Below the pieces are notes generated by a model that saw nothing but the letters and a program-made list of their open reading frames with translations, had not been told where the DNA came from and made no database searches. Of a stretch of DNA of 64,000 nt, positions 25,936-37,200 are shown piece by piece (positions within the stretch are counted from its first letter, which is position 1; each line of letters begins with the position of its first letter). This stretch comes from Eukaryota sp. GEM-RC1 (lineage: Eukaryota): contig JAUFOQ010000004.1 of NCBI GenBank assembly GCA_040285855.1, positions 744,001 to 808,000 on the forward strand. Reading direction: 5' to 3'. The translations under genes were made by a program, and so were the position numbers.

Positions 25936-28696
25936 TAGAGTTGCCGATTGACTCGACTCGAGTCTGAGCCTGAGCGTACTCAGAATTGTGTGAGTCGAAT
26001 CCGAGTGTACTCAAGAGTTTCCGAGTCGAGTCGAGTACGCTCAGTCTGCACTCAAAACGAAACGTCTTAATTTTTGTTTTTATTTGTGTTTAACGACAAA
26101 AATTGAAGATCATAAGGTAAAGTATAACCTATTAACTATGCAAAAACCTTTTTGAAGAGAGTAGTGGTGGAAGTTTAAACGGATCAAAAACACCAAATTT
26201 AACAAAACTAAAATATAAATAAAGTAGAAGTTACATTATTAACTACATGTACTGTTGTAACTAGAACAGTCATTTTCATTTTCTTCCCTTCACAATAAAG
26301 TTTGGTATTCACCTATGTTCTTTCACAAAAAAATGATCTGAGCAGCAAAAAACTGTCCAGTAGGTAGACTTCAAACGAACGAAAATTCATACTGTAACGG
26401 TTGTAGGTCCGTCTTTATACTGAAGAGTAGAAGTAACATCACTTCTTGTTTGTTTAACGCAGTGATGAGAAAATTTAATTTAATTATAATTTATTGAGTT
26501 AATTCCCTGAGAATTAATTACATTAATTGTACTTTACTGAAGCCTGGCAAAAAGGCATTGTTTATTTTTACATTTGGGATTAAGAAATCAAACATATAAC
26601 GAACAGTTAGTCTCCCCAAAAGTGATCGGGAAAGACATTTTCTTGACAAAAACTCATTTCGTGATCACTCAACGACCTCTTGGGATATATACGTTAGAAG
26701 AAGTGTGTCTTTAACGAAGTGTAATAGGTAGTGTGGCCGTATAGAATGCTCAAAAGCGTAGATTGACATCAGGGGTACACCGTAGTTAGCTGTTAGCTTC
26801 TATAAGAGACAAGAGACCAGTGTTTGAACGAAGTGGTGTAGATTATAAGTGTTATCTTAAGTGGTACATGTAGATACTTTTTATTGACAAAGAATGTGTA
26901 TGTAGATCATAATAGGAGGATCGGTTATCGAAGGATAAGTATTATTAAATTCAGTACAATTGACTACAGATGAAAATACAACACATACATGATACATGAT
27001 ACATTTATGTTGTGTTATAGTCTTTATAGTAGAAAGTTTCTATTAGAGTTTCTAATTAATTGTAGGCCACAGGAATTGAAATCAATTAATTGAGAACGTC
27101 AAAAATTAATAATTTAATTCATCTGATCAGTAAATTGTTGACAAACGATGAGCTAAAAAATTGACTATGAGTCTATGGACTGAGTACGCTCGACCAGGAA
27201 TCGGAATTTATTGTATTGTATTGTATTGTATTGTATTGCACTTTTGCAGACTGCAACAATAAATAGTTGTATTGTTAATCAATAATCACAAAGTTATGTG
27301 AATCAGGTATAACTGATTAACATCATTAAACAACATTTGCTAGTATGGTACAGTCGACTTGAAATGGTCATAGTAGTTTTAATAATGACATTGCTAGTAC
27401 ATCGTGATGGATTTAGAAACAGTAATTTTCGATCCACCCACCATCCATCTATTAGCAAAACGGGTGACCATACAAAATTGTTAAAGAGAGAATTAATGCC
27501 AAGAACATTCAACATGTATGTCTGTACTCTACTTAGTAGATGATCCAGCAGATTGGCGGTAGCAAGTGGTTGAAGGTATGACCTACCATGTTCAAAATTC
27601 TTGCATTTGATTTATGCAAATTGTCTTACGGTGTCATTCATTCAGAAGCAGACCGTCGCCATTGATATTATGTTTGAAACACGGAAACTGCTTAAGAAAA
27701 ACCAGGATTTAACACGAACTGTGACGGTAAACAAACAGTGAAATGCTGCTCGGTCAAATAGACGAATCTCTATATATCAGCAACAAACTTATCGAAAGTA
27801 GAATATATATAGTGTTCACATGGAACACACAACAACCAATATTTACTATTTAGGGCGATAGTGTTGGATTCAGCGATTGCCAATTGATGCATTAACAATC
27901 GGACGTCACATAGTTGTCTCTAGTAGATGTAGGACACTCGTAACAATCACCTCTGACCTCAAGAAGTTGTCACAGCTCTGTTTGGATGAGTAGGTTTTAG
28001 AGAAAAAGACAGGGAAACTAATTTGTATTGCAATCAATGTATTTTACTTATTGTATTGTATTGTGGTACTCGAACAATATATAATTGTGATATTCTGTAT
28101 TTACAAAATCGGCTTTTATTTAATCATACAAATACAAACTATCATCAATTTTAACAAATGAGATACAAATACCTCTACATCATCTCAATTTCATGTCTCA
28201 ATGCAAAGAGACGGTTCAAAATCGAATCAAAATACCTCAACAATGCTTTGAAAAGGAAAAACGACAACATTCCTCTCCAGGAACTTTCATTAAAATTCTT
28301 TGCATACTGCTTACACAATTTGCCAAAATCTGTGAGAAATTGTTGACCGAAGTAACCAAACGTACCATAAAGAGAAATAGCAAAAGGATGGAAAACAAAA
28401 GGATTGTGTAGGCGAGAATTCTTATCTTGGAAATTAATTCACCATAACGATCTAATTTTTTCCTTTCAGCAGTTTTAAGATCTGAATAGTTTTGGTCAAA
28501 AATATACTTAACAGAAGTTGAGTTACAAGGATCAGCCGTAGTAAAGTCCATAATTATTTCTTGAGAGGTCAACCAATTGTATTTACATTATTTGTAGTGC
28601 AATTATTTATTTCCGATCAGTGCGCTCGACTCGACTTGAGAATACGAGTTCGAGCGTACTCACACTTGTCTGAATCGAGAGTCGACGGCAACTCTA
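25936..28696. mobile_element. Decayed hAT-type element with nested insertions
   Basis: TIR TAGAGTTGCCG; TSD GTCTTGAT/GTCGTGAT (7/8 match); GACTC/GAGTC subterminal repeats; LLIDGW remnant; interior 26380-27850 repeated at 62180-62940. Confidence 0.7.
28090..28580 (-). mobile_element. 5'-truncated CRE-like LINE, family C
   Basis: MDFTTADPCN..TAERKKLDRY..PFAISLYGTFG; homologous to 45880-46150 and 63270-63515. Confidence 0.65.
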
Positions 28697-29301
28697 GTCG
28701 TGATGGCTAGTGAGTGAATGTGGGTTATCTAATAGTTTACTTCAATTAAGCTAATGCAAACCATTCCACACCTTCAGTACTTAAGTATTTATAGGGTGTT
28801 CTTAGCCCTTGATGATAACAGTTACTGTGTGATCAAAACTGGAAGAAACTTCTTATCTACTAGTAGGTCAAAAATTCTTGGCCATGGGGCAATTAGATCA
28901 ATTGACAATATATTGTATTACATACATAAGTAACAATCTTCTCAAAGTAGAGTGCTCAGTAGAAGATGAAGTAAACTAAAAGAAGTGACATCTACAATAC
29001 ATGTAAAATGTTCCTCCAATTAAAGATGTGAATGAGATCCAAAAGCGTTCACAGTATCGGAATTTACTTCAAAAACTTGGTTTATAATTTGGTACAAGGA
29101 TTAAAGACTCATTTATTAAATCAATGTCAAGATGATTTTTGTACTTTAATTCCCGATCGGAATTTATACATTCGTTTGACAGTCAAGATTAGTAGTCTTT
29201 TTTATTTCTAAATTCTTTAAGTGTAGTTGTTTCAACAGTTATAAGAAGTTGGTTTATTTAAATTAATGACATAGTAAGACGATGCAGAAGTGGTAGACGA
29301 T

Positions 29302-30660
29302 TTAAAAGCCCATTCTACTACCGTGTAACGATTTAATTGACTCTTTTGTTTCACTGTCAATAGGGTTGCCGAAAAGAAGAATTGATGAAACAGATGTGTT
29401 CACCTTTAAAGCCTCTGCAAGTGCCACAGCACCCTCATTTCCAATAGAGTTTTGATATAGATAAATCGTAGATAGAGCCGAATTCACCTTTATAGCCTCT
29501 GCAAGTGCCACAGCGCCCTCATTTCCAATAGAGTTTTGGTAAAGATACATCGTAGAAACCGAGGAATTCACCTTTAATGCCTCTGCAATCGCAACAGCTC
29601 CTTCCTCTCCAATGGGGTTTCTGTCCAAACAGATCTCTGAAACAGATGAAGTCACCTTCAGAGCTTCAGCAACTAGTTTAACATCCTCAGGACCAATAGA
29701 CATGTTACTTAGATTGACTTCAATGATTGTATTATTTATCATTGAATCACAACAATTCTTCAATGAGGAACCTGGGGTTAAACCAGGGGTTAGAGAACTG
29801 AGGTTAATGGAGGAAGAACCTGGGTGGAAGGTCAAACCACTTGTTGTGGGTTGACCAAGAAAGGCACCAGTACCGAAAGTTCCAGCAGTAGTACTGGGAG
29901 GATTGTTGCCAAAAGAACTACTAGTACCGAAGGAAACAGACTGTGGGGGAGATGATTTGCCAAAGGAACCAGAACCGAAAGTTCCAGCAGTAGTACTGGG
30001 AGGATTGTTGCCAAAAGAACTACTAGTACCGAAGGAAACAGACTGTGGGGGAGATGATTTGCCAAAGGAACCAGAACCGAAAGTTCCAGCAGTAGTACTG
30101 GGAGGATTGGTGCCAAAAGAACTACTAGTACCGAAGGAAACAGACTGTGGGGTTGATGGTTTGCCAAAGGAACCAGAACCGAAAGTTCCAGCAGTAGTAC
30201 TGGGAGGATTGGTGCCAAAAGAACTACTAGTACCGAAGGAAACAGACTGTGGGGTTGATGGTTTGCCAAAGGAACCAGTACCGAAAGTTCCAGCAGTAGT
30301 GCTGGGAGGATTGGTACCAAAAGAACTACTAGTACCAAAGGAAAGAGACTGTGGGGGAGATGGTTTACCAAAGGAACCAGCACTGAAAGTTCCAGTGGTA
30401 GTACTGGGAGGATTGTTAACGACAGAACTACTAGTACCAAATGAAACAGACTCTGAGGCAGAAGAGGGTTCAAGTGGTTTCGGATCTTGGGGGGAAAACT
30501 TTGGAACAAAAAAGGCATGTTTCTTCAAAGGAGAAGATACATGGGATCTTAAAGGTTCTGAACGGTGAGTCACTCGAAAACAATCATCGCATAGGTCAGA
30601 ATCACATTCAGCGCAATTAACAGTTGAAGGAGTTTGCTTACATTCGATGCATTGAGACAT
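29302..30660 (-). CDS. B-box zinc finger + FG-rich tandem repeats + ribonuclease-inhibitor-type LRRs
   Basis: CIEC..CAECDSDLCDDCFRVTH..H; 34-aa repeats; 28-aa LRRs such as LYQNSIGNEGAVALAEALKVN. Confidence 0.85.
   Translation of the reverse strand: MSQCIECKQTPSTVNCAECDSDLCDDCFRVTHRSEPLRSHVSSPLKKHAFFVPKFSPQDPKPLEPSSASESVSFGTSSSVVNNPPSTTTGTFSAGSFGKPSPPQSLSFGTSSSFGTNPPSTTAGTFGTGSFGKPSTPQSVSFGTSSSFGTNPPSTTAGTFGSGSFGKPSTPQSVSFGTSSSFGTNPPSTTAGTFGSGSFGKSSPPQSVSFGTSSSFGNNPPSTTAGTFGSGSFGKSSPPQSVSFGTSSSFGNNPPSTTAGTFGTGAFLGQPTTSGLTFHPGSSSINLSSLTPGLTPGSSLKNCCDSMINNTIIEVNLSNMSIGPEDVKLVAEALKVTSSVSEICLDRNPIGEEGAVAIAEALKVNSSVSTMYLYQNSIGNEGAVALAEAIKVNSALSTIYLYQNSIGNEGAVALAEALKVNTSVSSILLFGNPIDSETKESIKSLHGSRMGF
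29855..30452 (-). repeat. 102-bp coding tandem repeat, ~6 units
   Basis: Unit SVSFGTSSSFGTNPPSTTAGTFGSGSFGKPSTPQ. Confidence 0.95.
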
Positions 30661-31060
30661 TTCGAAAGAAGATGAAGAGTTATCAATATGACAGTCGATC
30701 AAAAGGAAAACTTGGTCTGCCGTTCAGAACTAGAAGTTATTTATTGTAGTTATTTGCTGGTGACGTGTTTAAAAGCAGTTGGTGAAGTAAAGAAAGCAGA
30801 TGAAGTTTGTTCATACTATTTGAGCGAGTATTATTTGAGCGTATCGTTTGACACTAAATGAATGTTCAGCAAAGTAGTTTATTTTGTATGGATAGAAGGA
30901 GAGAGTAGCTATTTTACGGGAAACTCGCTTGTCAAGACGGACAGAAGTGGGAAATTGTAAATGATTGACTTGAAGTGTTGAGGAAAGTTCTTAAAATACA
31001 TCCTCTGCTTCTTTCTTCATCAATCACAGTGACGTAAACCACACAGATAAAACTAAATAG

Positions 31061-32698
31061 TCATGTTAATAATTTAGAATTTTGTTCCTGTATGTGTTTT
31101 TTGATTTTTCTTTTTTTGGGTGGCTCTGGAAGTGACTGAACCTCGGGGATTCTCCGCTCATTGCAATTGAAAATAGCCGGAGCAACTGCAGAAGTGGAAG
31201 GTTGGGGCGGAAGCAAGGTTCTTCGTTCTCCAGTCCACAGGAAACTGATATCACCTCCATCATAACCAACTAGCATCATTGGATCTATCATTTCAACAGT
31301 TCTCCTTACTCTCCAACAGAATGCCTCATTGTTCACAAGATGAGGTTTAGCCTTGACAACATCCTTAAGCTCTTGTAGAGTAGGTCTCTTGTTTCTTTTA
31401 GGATCTCTAATTATCGCTCTTAATCCTTGTCTGTTTAACTTGTCAGCTGCCCTCGCAACTCCCATAGCAAAGTCCATGTTTGATTTGTAGTTAGTCAAGA
31501 AAGGGGAAGGTTTGGGATCAGGTTTAGGTTTAATCACAGGCCATTCAGATTCAATAGACAAGTGTTCTTCAGTTTTAGTAATGTGATTATTGTAGAGAGT
31601 ATCAGTGGTAAGCAGTAGACGAACTGTGGAGGCTGAGAATTGGTAGTTAGGTATCTTGCGTAGTTTGTCGGCAGCTTCCTTTTTAAACCTATCAAATGTG
31701 GATAACTGACCTTGATTGAGGTCTGATTGGGTGATTCGATGGAGAAGAACAAGAATAAAACCAAGGAAACGAGCAATGAACAGCGGGTCACGTAATTGAA
31801 AGAAGAAAAGGTTCGGTTCAGGTTTGATTACCTCTACTGGATCTTCAATTAATGATTGAGAATCAGATGTCAAATGAGGTAAGATTTGGTCAATGTTTCT
31901 AAAAACAGCTGATATATCAGACATAACAGTGGGAAGATCATTAACGTAAATAGAACTGGAATCACCAAAGGTGTAGAGCCTGAGAAAGCACAGGTAAATG
32001 TCTTTTAGAACAAAACATTCACCATCTGCTGATAAAACTTCCGTGTCGGTTACAAAAAGCCCAAGATCTTGCCATGAGCGGTAGAGAGTATCGTCCTGGA
32101 GATCAAGATCATCAAGGTCAGGAAAGAGACCAGCTAGGGTGATGGGAGAAGAGGATTTGGAAGAGACGTGTAGAGGCGGAGTAATGGCAGTGACAATGAT
32201 GAGGATAGCAAGAAGACCATCTTCAGCTGAGCAAGGAGGAAGTGGGGAGTCTTGTTTCATGGCTTGAACTGAGGAAGTAGATAGAGTTACTTGAGGGAGA
32301 GGGCTTAGACGACGAACTACACGGTTCATTGTGAGACAAACGACTGCGTATAAGTATTGGCGGAATTCTGCTTCTAGTGAATAGATAAGGGACTTGATTA
32401 GTGGCAATTGGTCTTTGAGGAAACATAGAATATACGGAACTGAATGGATGTGGATTGTTGAAGTAATATCATGAATAGTGGTTGTGAAGATTCTGAATGC
32501 AGATACCACGGTTCCTCTTGCTGGAGAAGAGGAGAAGAAGCGAGAAGTTGTAGCAAAAGAAAGTGCCAGTATTTTGTAGGAGAGTAGGACATCGCTATGG
32601 TTCACTGTGTCTGGTGAAAGTTGAATTAAGAAGGGAAGAACCATGGCACGAAATCTATCAGAAGTGTCGGGTACATCAGAAAGAGGAAGAGAAGCCAC
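31061..32698 (-). CDS. THOC1: THO complex subunit 1 (Hpr1)-like, divergent; start uncertain
   Basis: LFFFQLRDPLFIARFL, FSASTVRLLLTTD, RPTLQE and VNNEAFCWR recall the THOC1 motifs LQLSD..FR, F...V..IL..E and NN..YGWR. Confidence 0.5.
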   Translation of the reverse strand: MASLPLSDVPDTSDRFRAMVLPFLIQLSPDTVNHSDVLLSYKILALSFATTSRFFSSSPARGTVVSAFRIFTTTIHDITSTIHIHSVPYILCFLKDQLPLIKSLIYSLEAEFRQYLYAVVCLTMNRVVRRLSPLPQVTLSTSSVQAMKQDSPLPPCSAEDGLLAILIIVTAITPPLHVSSKSSSPITLAGLFPDLDDLDLQDDTLYRSWQDLGLFVTDTEVLSADGECFVLKDIYLCFLRLYTFGDSSSIYVNDLPTVMSDISAVFRNIDQILPHLTSDSQSLIEDPVEVIKPEPNLFFFQLRDPLFIARFLGFILVLLHRITQSDLNQGQLSTFDRFKKEAADKLRKIPNYQFSASTVRLLLTTDTLYNNHITKTEEHLSIESEWPVIKPKPDPKPSPFLTNYKSNMDFAMGVARAADKLNRQGLRAIIRDPKRNKRPTLQELKDVVKAKPHLVNNEAFCWRVRRTVEMIDPMMLVGYDGGDISFLWTGERRTLLPPQPSTSAVAPAIFNCNERRIPEVQSLPEPPKKRKIKKHIQEQNSKLLT

Positions 32699-33539
32699 GT
32701 CTTCGCAGTAATTTTAGGAGTGCAGTAATTTTATATACGGACATGAAAAACTTTTACGAACAAATCTGCTTTGGGAGTGTTTAGTGGATTACTATTCAGC
32801 TTCTACTAACGATTACAAATCTGAATTAGACCAAATTCAACGTCGTCGGCAGACTGTACATGATTCTCAAGTATCAGATGAGATTGTTGATGTCAATGCT
32901 GAAAGTTTAGGGAAGTGTTCCCCAAATTTGGGGAAAATGTAGCAGATCAGTAGTTCTTGTTTTGTTTTAATTTTTTGTTTTATAAATGGATTTAATCTTT
33001 GTATTGTTTGTTTGTTTTTGCACTCACTTTCATCGTTTTTTCCATCATACAATGGCCTGTACCCTAGATCAAGATTTTAGTGACTGTCATTACAAATGTT
33101 GTCATTACAAATGTTGAACAAAATCAACATCTATGTGTGGAAAATGTAGCAGTAATTGTTATGTTTTGATTTATTTATAAGGCATTGCGGTGTTCAACAA
33201 AAATAAATGTAAATAGGGACGTGTTGGAGTGAGTATCACCATGATGTGTCCAATTTCTTGCATTGGAATCAAAACAGTCCCAATCTTTCATTCAAAAGTG
33301 TGAAGATGAGAAGAGTTTTGACAGAGTGCATATGACGGTGGAGTTAGCTGTAGTGGTTCGTAACACTGGGAAGCTGGGAAGAAGCTAAATAAACACAGTG
33401 AAAGATCACGATTGAAAGGATCTTCACCTTTTAAGATCATAGGGAGGTGTGTTCATGAAGAGAAGACCAGTACAACATATGATGAAGATGCCATAATGTC
33501 AAGTTGTCAGTGTCAACATCAGCTATAAATAGTTGAAAT

Positions 33540-34214
33540 CAGGGATGTTAAAAAATATATTTTTATTTTATTTATTGCAATAAATATTATTTATTTATTT
33601 ATTGTCAGCAGCTGGATCAACAATATATTTATTGTCTCAAATCGCAATATGCAATAATATTGCAATATATTGCAATATTGTGACAATATATTTTCATTGC
33701 AAATATCGAACTTTCTTCATTTCAATTCTTACAGTACTGTCTCAATTTTGTAACCAAGGATACAAACAGTTGATCATACCATCATGTAACAAAATTGAAA
33801 GATTGTTCAGTCGAGCAAAGCTTACTACTGGCACTCTTCGATCACGTTTACACCCTTCAAGCCTTGAGAAACAGTTACTTTTACTCTACAACTCCCAACT
33901 TTGGAATGAAGAGACTGATCGAAGAATTCTCCTCCACAATCCTTTTCAAGATTTGTTGCACTAAGATGGGGATGTAATAGATGAAGAATAGATTATACTA
34001 CGATAGCAATTTTTCACTGATTGATCATAAACCCGGTTTTTCTACATTATACCAGTACTAAAGTTGCAGCAGATAATAATGTCAATAAATATATTTATTT
34101 ATTGTGATGCCCGACAATATCAATATATCTATTGCAAGCCCACACAATATCAATATATTTATTGCAAGCCCACACAATATTTTATTTATTTAAATATATT
34201 TTTTAACATCCCTG
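33540..34214 (+). mobile_element. Non-autonomous hAT element with a dimerization-domain remnant
   Basis: 23-bp TIR CAGGGATGTTAAAAAATATATTT; 8-bp TSD GTTGAAAT at 33532-33539 and 34215-34222; PSCNKIERLFSRAKL..RSRLHPSSLEKQL. Confidence 0.93.
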
Positions 34215-34222
34215 GTTGAAAT

Positions 34223-37200
34223 CTTTTTGACCTGTATCTCATTGCCTTTTTCGCTTCCAAACACTGCAAAGTGTTTCGAATGATAGTAACAGGATTCAGT
34301 TACTCGCACTATCACTCGTCGTTTTTCAACAGTCGTTTTAATCAACAGTCATCTCAGTTTTGTCATGACCTAACCACGGACGGAGGCATAGAGTCCAATC
34401 CAGGACCTCCTCTTACAGATGACCTTAGAGATGAGCAACTGAGACCCGTTTTTGCACCAAACGTAGACAATATCGAGACGTTAGAGCCCAACGTCTGGGT
34501 TAATGATGATGTCATCGACTTATACGGTGATTTTCTTACAAAAAGCAGCAAATGTTGTCAGTACTTTCCAATCAATGACCTGCTTGGTGCTTCTGGTGTT
34601 TATGATTTTCAACTATTGTTAAAAAAAATTCGAATACCTAATAACTTCAATGAATGTTTGTGTTCCGAAGAAACGATTCATATTCATGCCAATCAACGAT
34701 GGCCTTGTCGGTAAAACACCGACTCATTGGACACTTCTAATTTGCGATATTAAGATTAGACGACTTTTTTCAATCGATTCAACGTATACTGAAGAGGAAC
34801 ACTTCAAACATCTGGCGAATACAATTCGAGCTTCTCGCAATGAAAAAGTAGTCCAACGTTTACAGCAAGATTTGTTTAATGACGCACAGTATTTGTATAT
34901 GGATAAACTAGTTGTAAAGCAAGAGCAAACTGAAAACGATTGTGGACCTTTTATTCTATTGTACATTCAAAAGTTTGTTACCTTAACAGACTCATATATT
35001 GATTGTTCATCTATCGATTTTAAGGAAATTTTAACCAAACTTGTAACTAGCCAAGACTATGATGCTTTAAAAATGAGGAAAGAAGTTTTGACTCATATTT
35101 CGACTACTCAATCAGCAGAGAGGGCTAAACGTGCTAGAGAAATCTTAAACAAATTCTTTTCCGTTTATTCGACACCTTCTCAACAGCGTCGTAAACCCAA
35201 AAACCAGATGCAAGAAAGAAAAAAGGTCCTAAAACTAAACAACCGGCCAAAAAAAGAAAGAAGACTGCTAATACTTCTCAATCTCCCGGTCCATTGTGCC
35301 ATATCACTGAAAGTAAATCTTGCTAGGTTCAAGGGACTAAAAACATGGAACTCGCCGTTTGATTTATCTGAACCTTCTACACTGATATCATCTACTCATG
35401 AAATTCCAGATCCTAACAAACTGACAAAAACTCAATTACAAGAGGTTTCAGAAGCAATCAAATCGTTGTCATCTGAAGAATCGATTGCAGAAGAATGTGT
35501 CAATTGGTACTCTCGTCATTTGATGGACATATACAAAGTTGATTTCAATGCCTTTGTAGCTTCTGGATCACTTCAATCATATTTAGTTGATGAAACTCAA
35601 TCTCTCCACGAGTTTTTCATGAACAAGATTCTTCAGACAGATTCCAGATATCTTTTTGTTCCAATAAATGATGCAATGACTGGTTTACATTGGGGTTTGA
35701 TTGTAATTGACAAAAATGATCTACAAGTAATATTTCTCGATCCTCTTTATAATGTTGAAGATCACAGGCAGGATGTTGATAAAAATTTAAATGAAATTGA
35801 CTCTTATTTGAATCAAGATATTTCAAAAATACATGAAATTCTTCATCAACTCCAGTTTCAGCTCATTATTGTCCCAGTGCTACAGAAACAAACAGCAAAT
35901 GATTGTGGAGTATATGTTCTTCAGTTTATGCGAGGACTTATAGAACTTCTGACTTCAAACCAATTCACAGATCAATCTCTTCTCCATGCTGCTGATAGAA
36001 TGATACAACAACCTATCAATACTAGGGAGAGTAGACAAGAAATAAAAGTGTACCTTCAATCTCTACAACCTCCTACAAGTAGAAACCGCATATCTGGACA
36101 AACCAAAATTAAGCGAACATGCAAATATCCGGTGAAAAAAACTGACAAAGTTGCTCAAAAAAAAGTCAAAAAGGATTATACGAAAGCCCAGTGATTCTGA
36201 TATAGAGGTTCCAAATGTGACTCATAAAGAATTTCTAAATAGTTTACCAGGTGATTTGTCTAACCGACAAAGAGACGTCGCTTGAAGTTGCACATGATAC
36301 AACACGCACTTCAAGAAGCTGAACAATTGTTTCAGGATTCTTTGATTCGTCCAAAGTTAGAGACTTTAGCTCCAATAGATTTGACAACTCCTAAAATAAA
36401 CGTTGCTGCTTGTGAGAAAACTGAAACCACAAAGACACCAGCTAAGAGTACAACAAAAGTTGGCAAATCCAAAAAGTCAACAACCAAACCAAAGGCAAGT
36501 GGTAAAACTAATGCTACCAAGAGTCTTAAACCTCCTAAGAAACAAATGATTGAGTTTCATTGTAATTCTGAATTACCAGAAGACTCTAACTCTTGTTCAA
36601 TATTGTCGTTTGATATTGAAACAAGAGAAGTTGATCAATTGCCTGTTAAGAAACTTACACAGAAGTTGAATGATCAAAGACATGAACAAAATGAAGTTTT
36701 AAAAAACCAAAGTGATTCAGAAAGAGAAGCTTGGATTGAAAAACAACAAGTGTTTATGATTTCTGGAGTTTTCGGTCATTTTATTAAGGATGAGTTTTAC
36801 CTTCAAGAAAGCTTCGTTGCGACTTCAGAAGAATCAACTTCCTTTTCAAAAGTTGAAAATCCAACTGATTGTCATAGCCTTTTCTTCTTTGAAGATGAAA
36901 AACAGTTACTAGAGTTTTTTGTCAATTATTTGACTGATAAAAATCCATCTGTTTTAACTGGATTTAACATTACTAATTTTGATAATGTTGTTCTAGACAA
37001 TAGAATTGATGCATTTGGAATAGACTTTCCAGAACCAATGCAAGATGATACCACAAAATCACATTTGTCACCTTTATGGCAACGTGTTTGTACTGAATGG
37101 GCTGGTAGAACTGTCTGTGATTCTTACCTCTATGCTAAACAATTCATTGCTACAAAATGTTCAAGATCACTAAGATCACTAAGTTGGTTTTTATTAAATG

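Noticed and set aside
29855..30452. Regular repeats suggesting a CRISPR array
   Set aside because: Contiguous 102-bp in-frame tandem units with no unique spacers; coding repeat
29832..30568. Overlapping ORFs 29832..30518 (-) and 29903..30568 (+)
   Set aside because: Shadow frames kept open by the tandem repeat
33540..34214. hAT element as the transposase or left end of the Fanzor element
   Set aside because: It has its own paired TIRs and TSD, so it is an independent insertion; its TIR does not match the Fanzor right end
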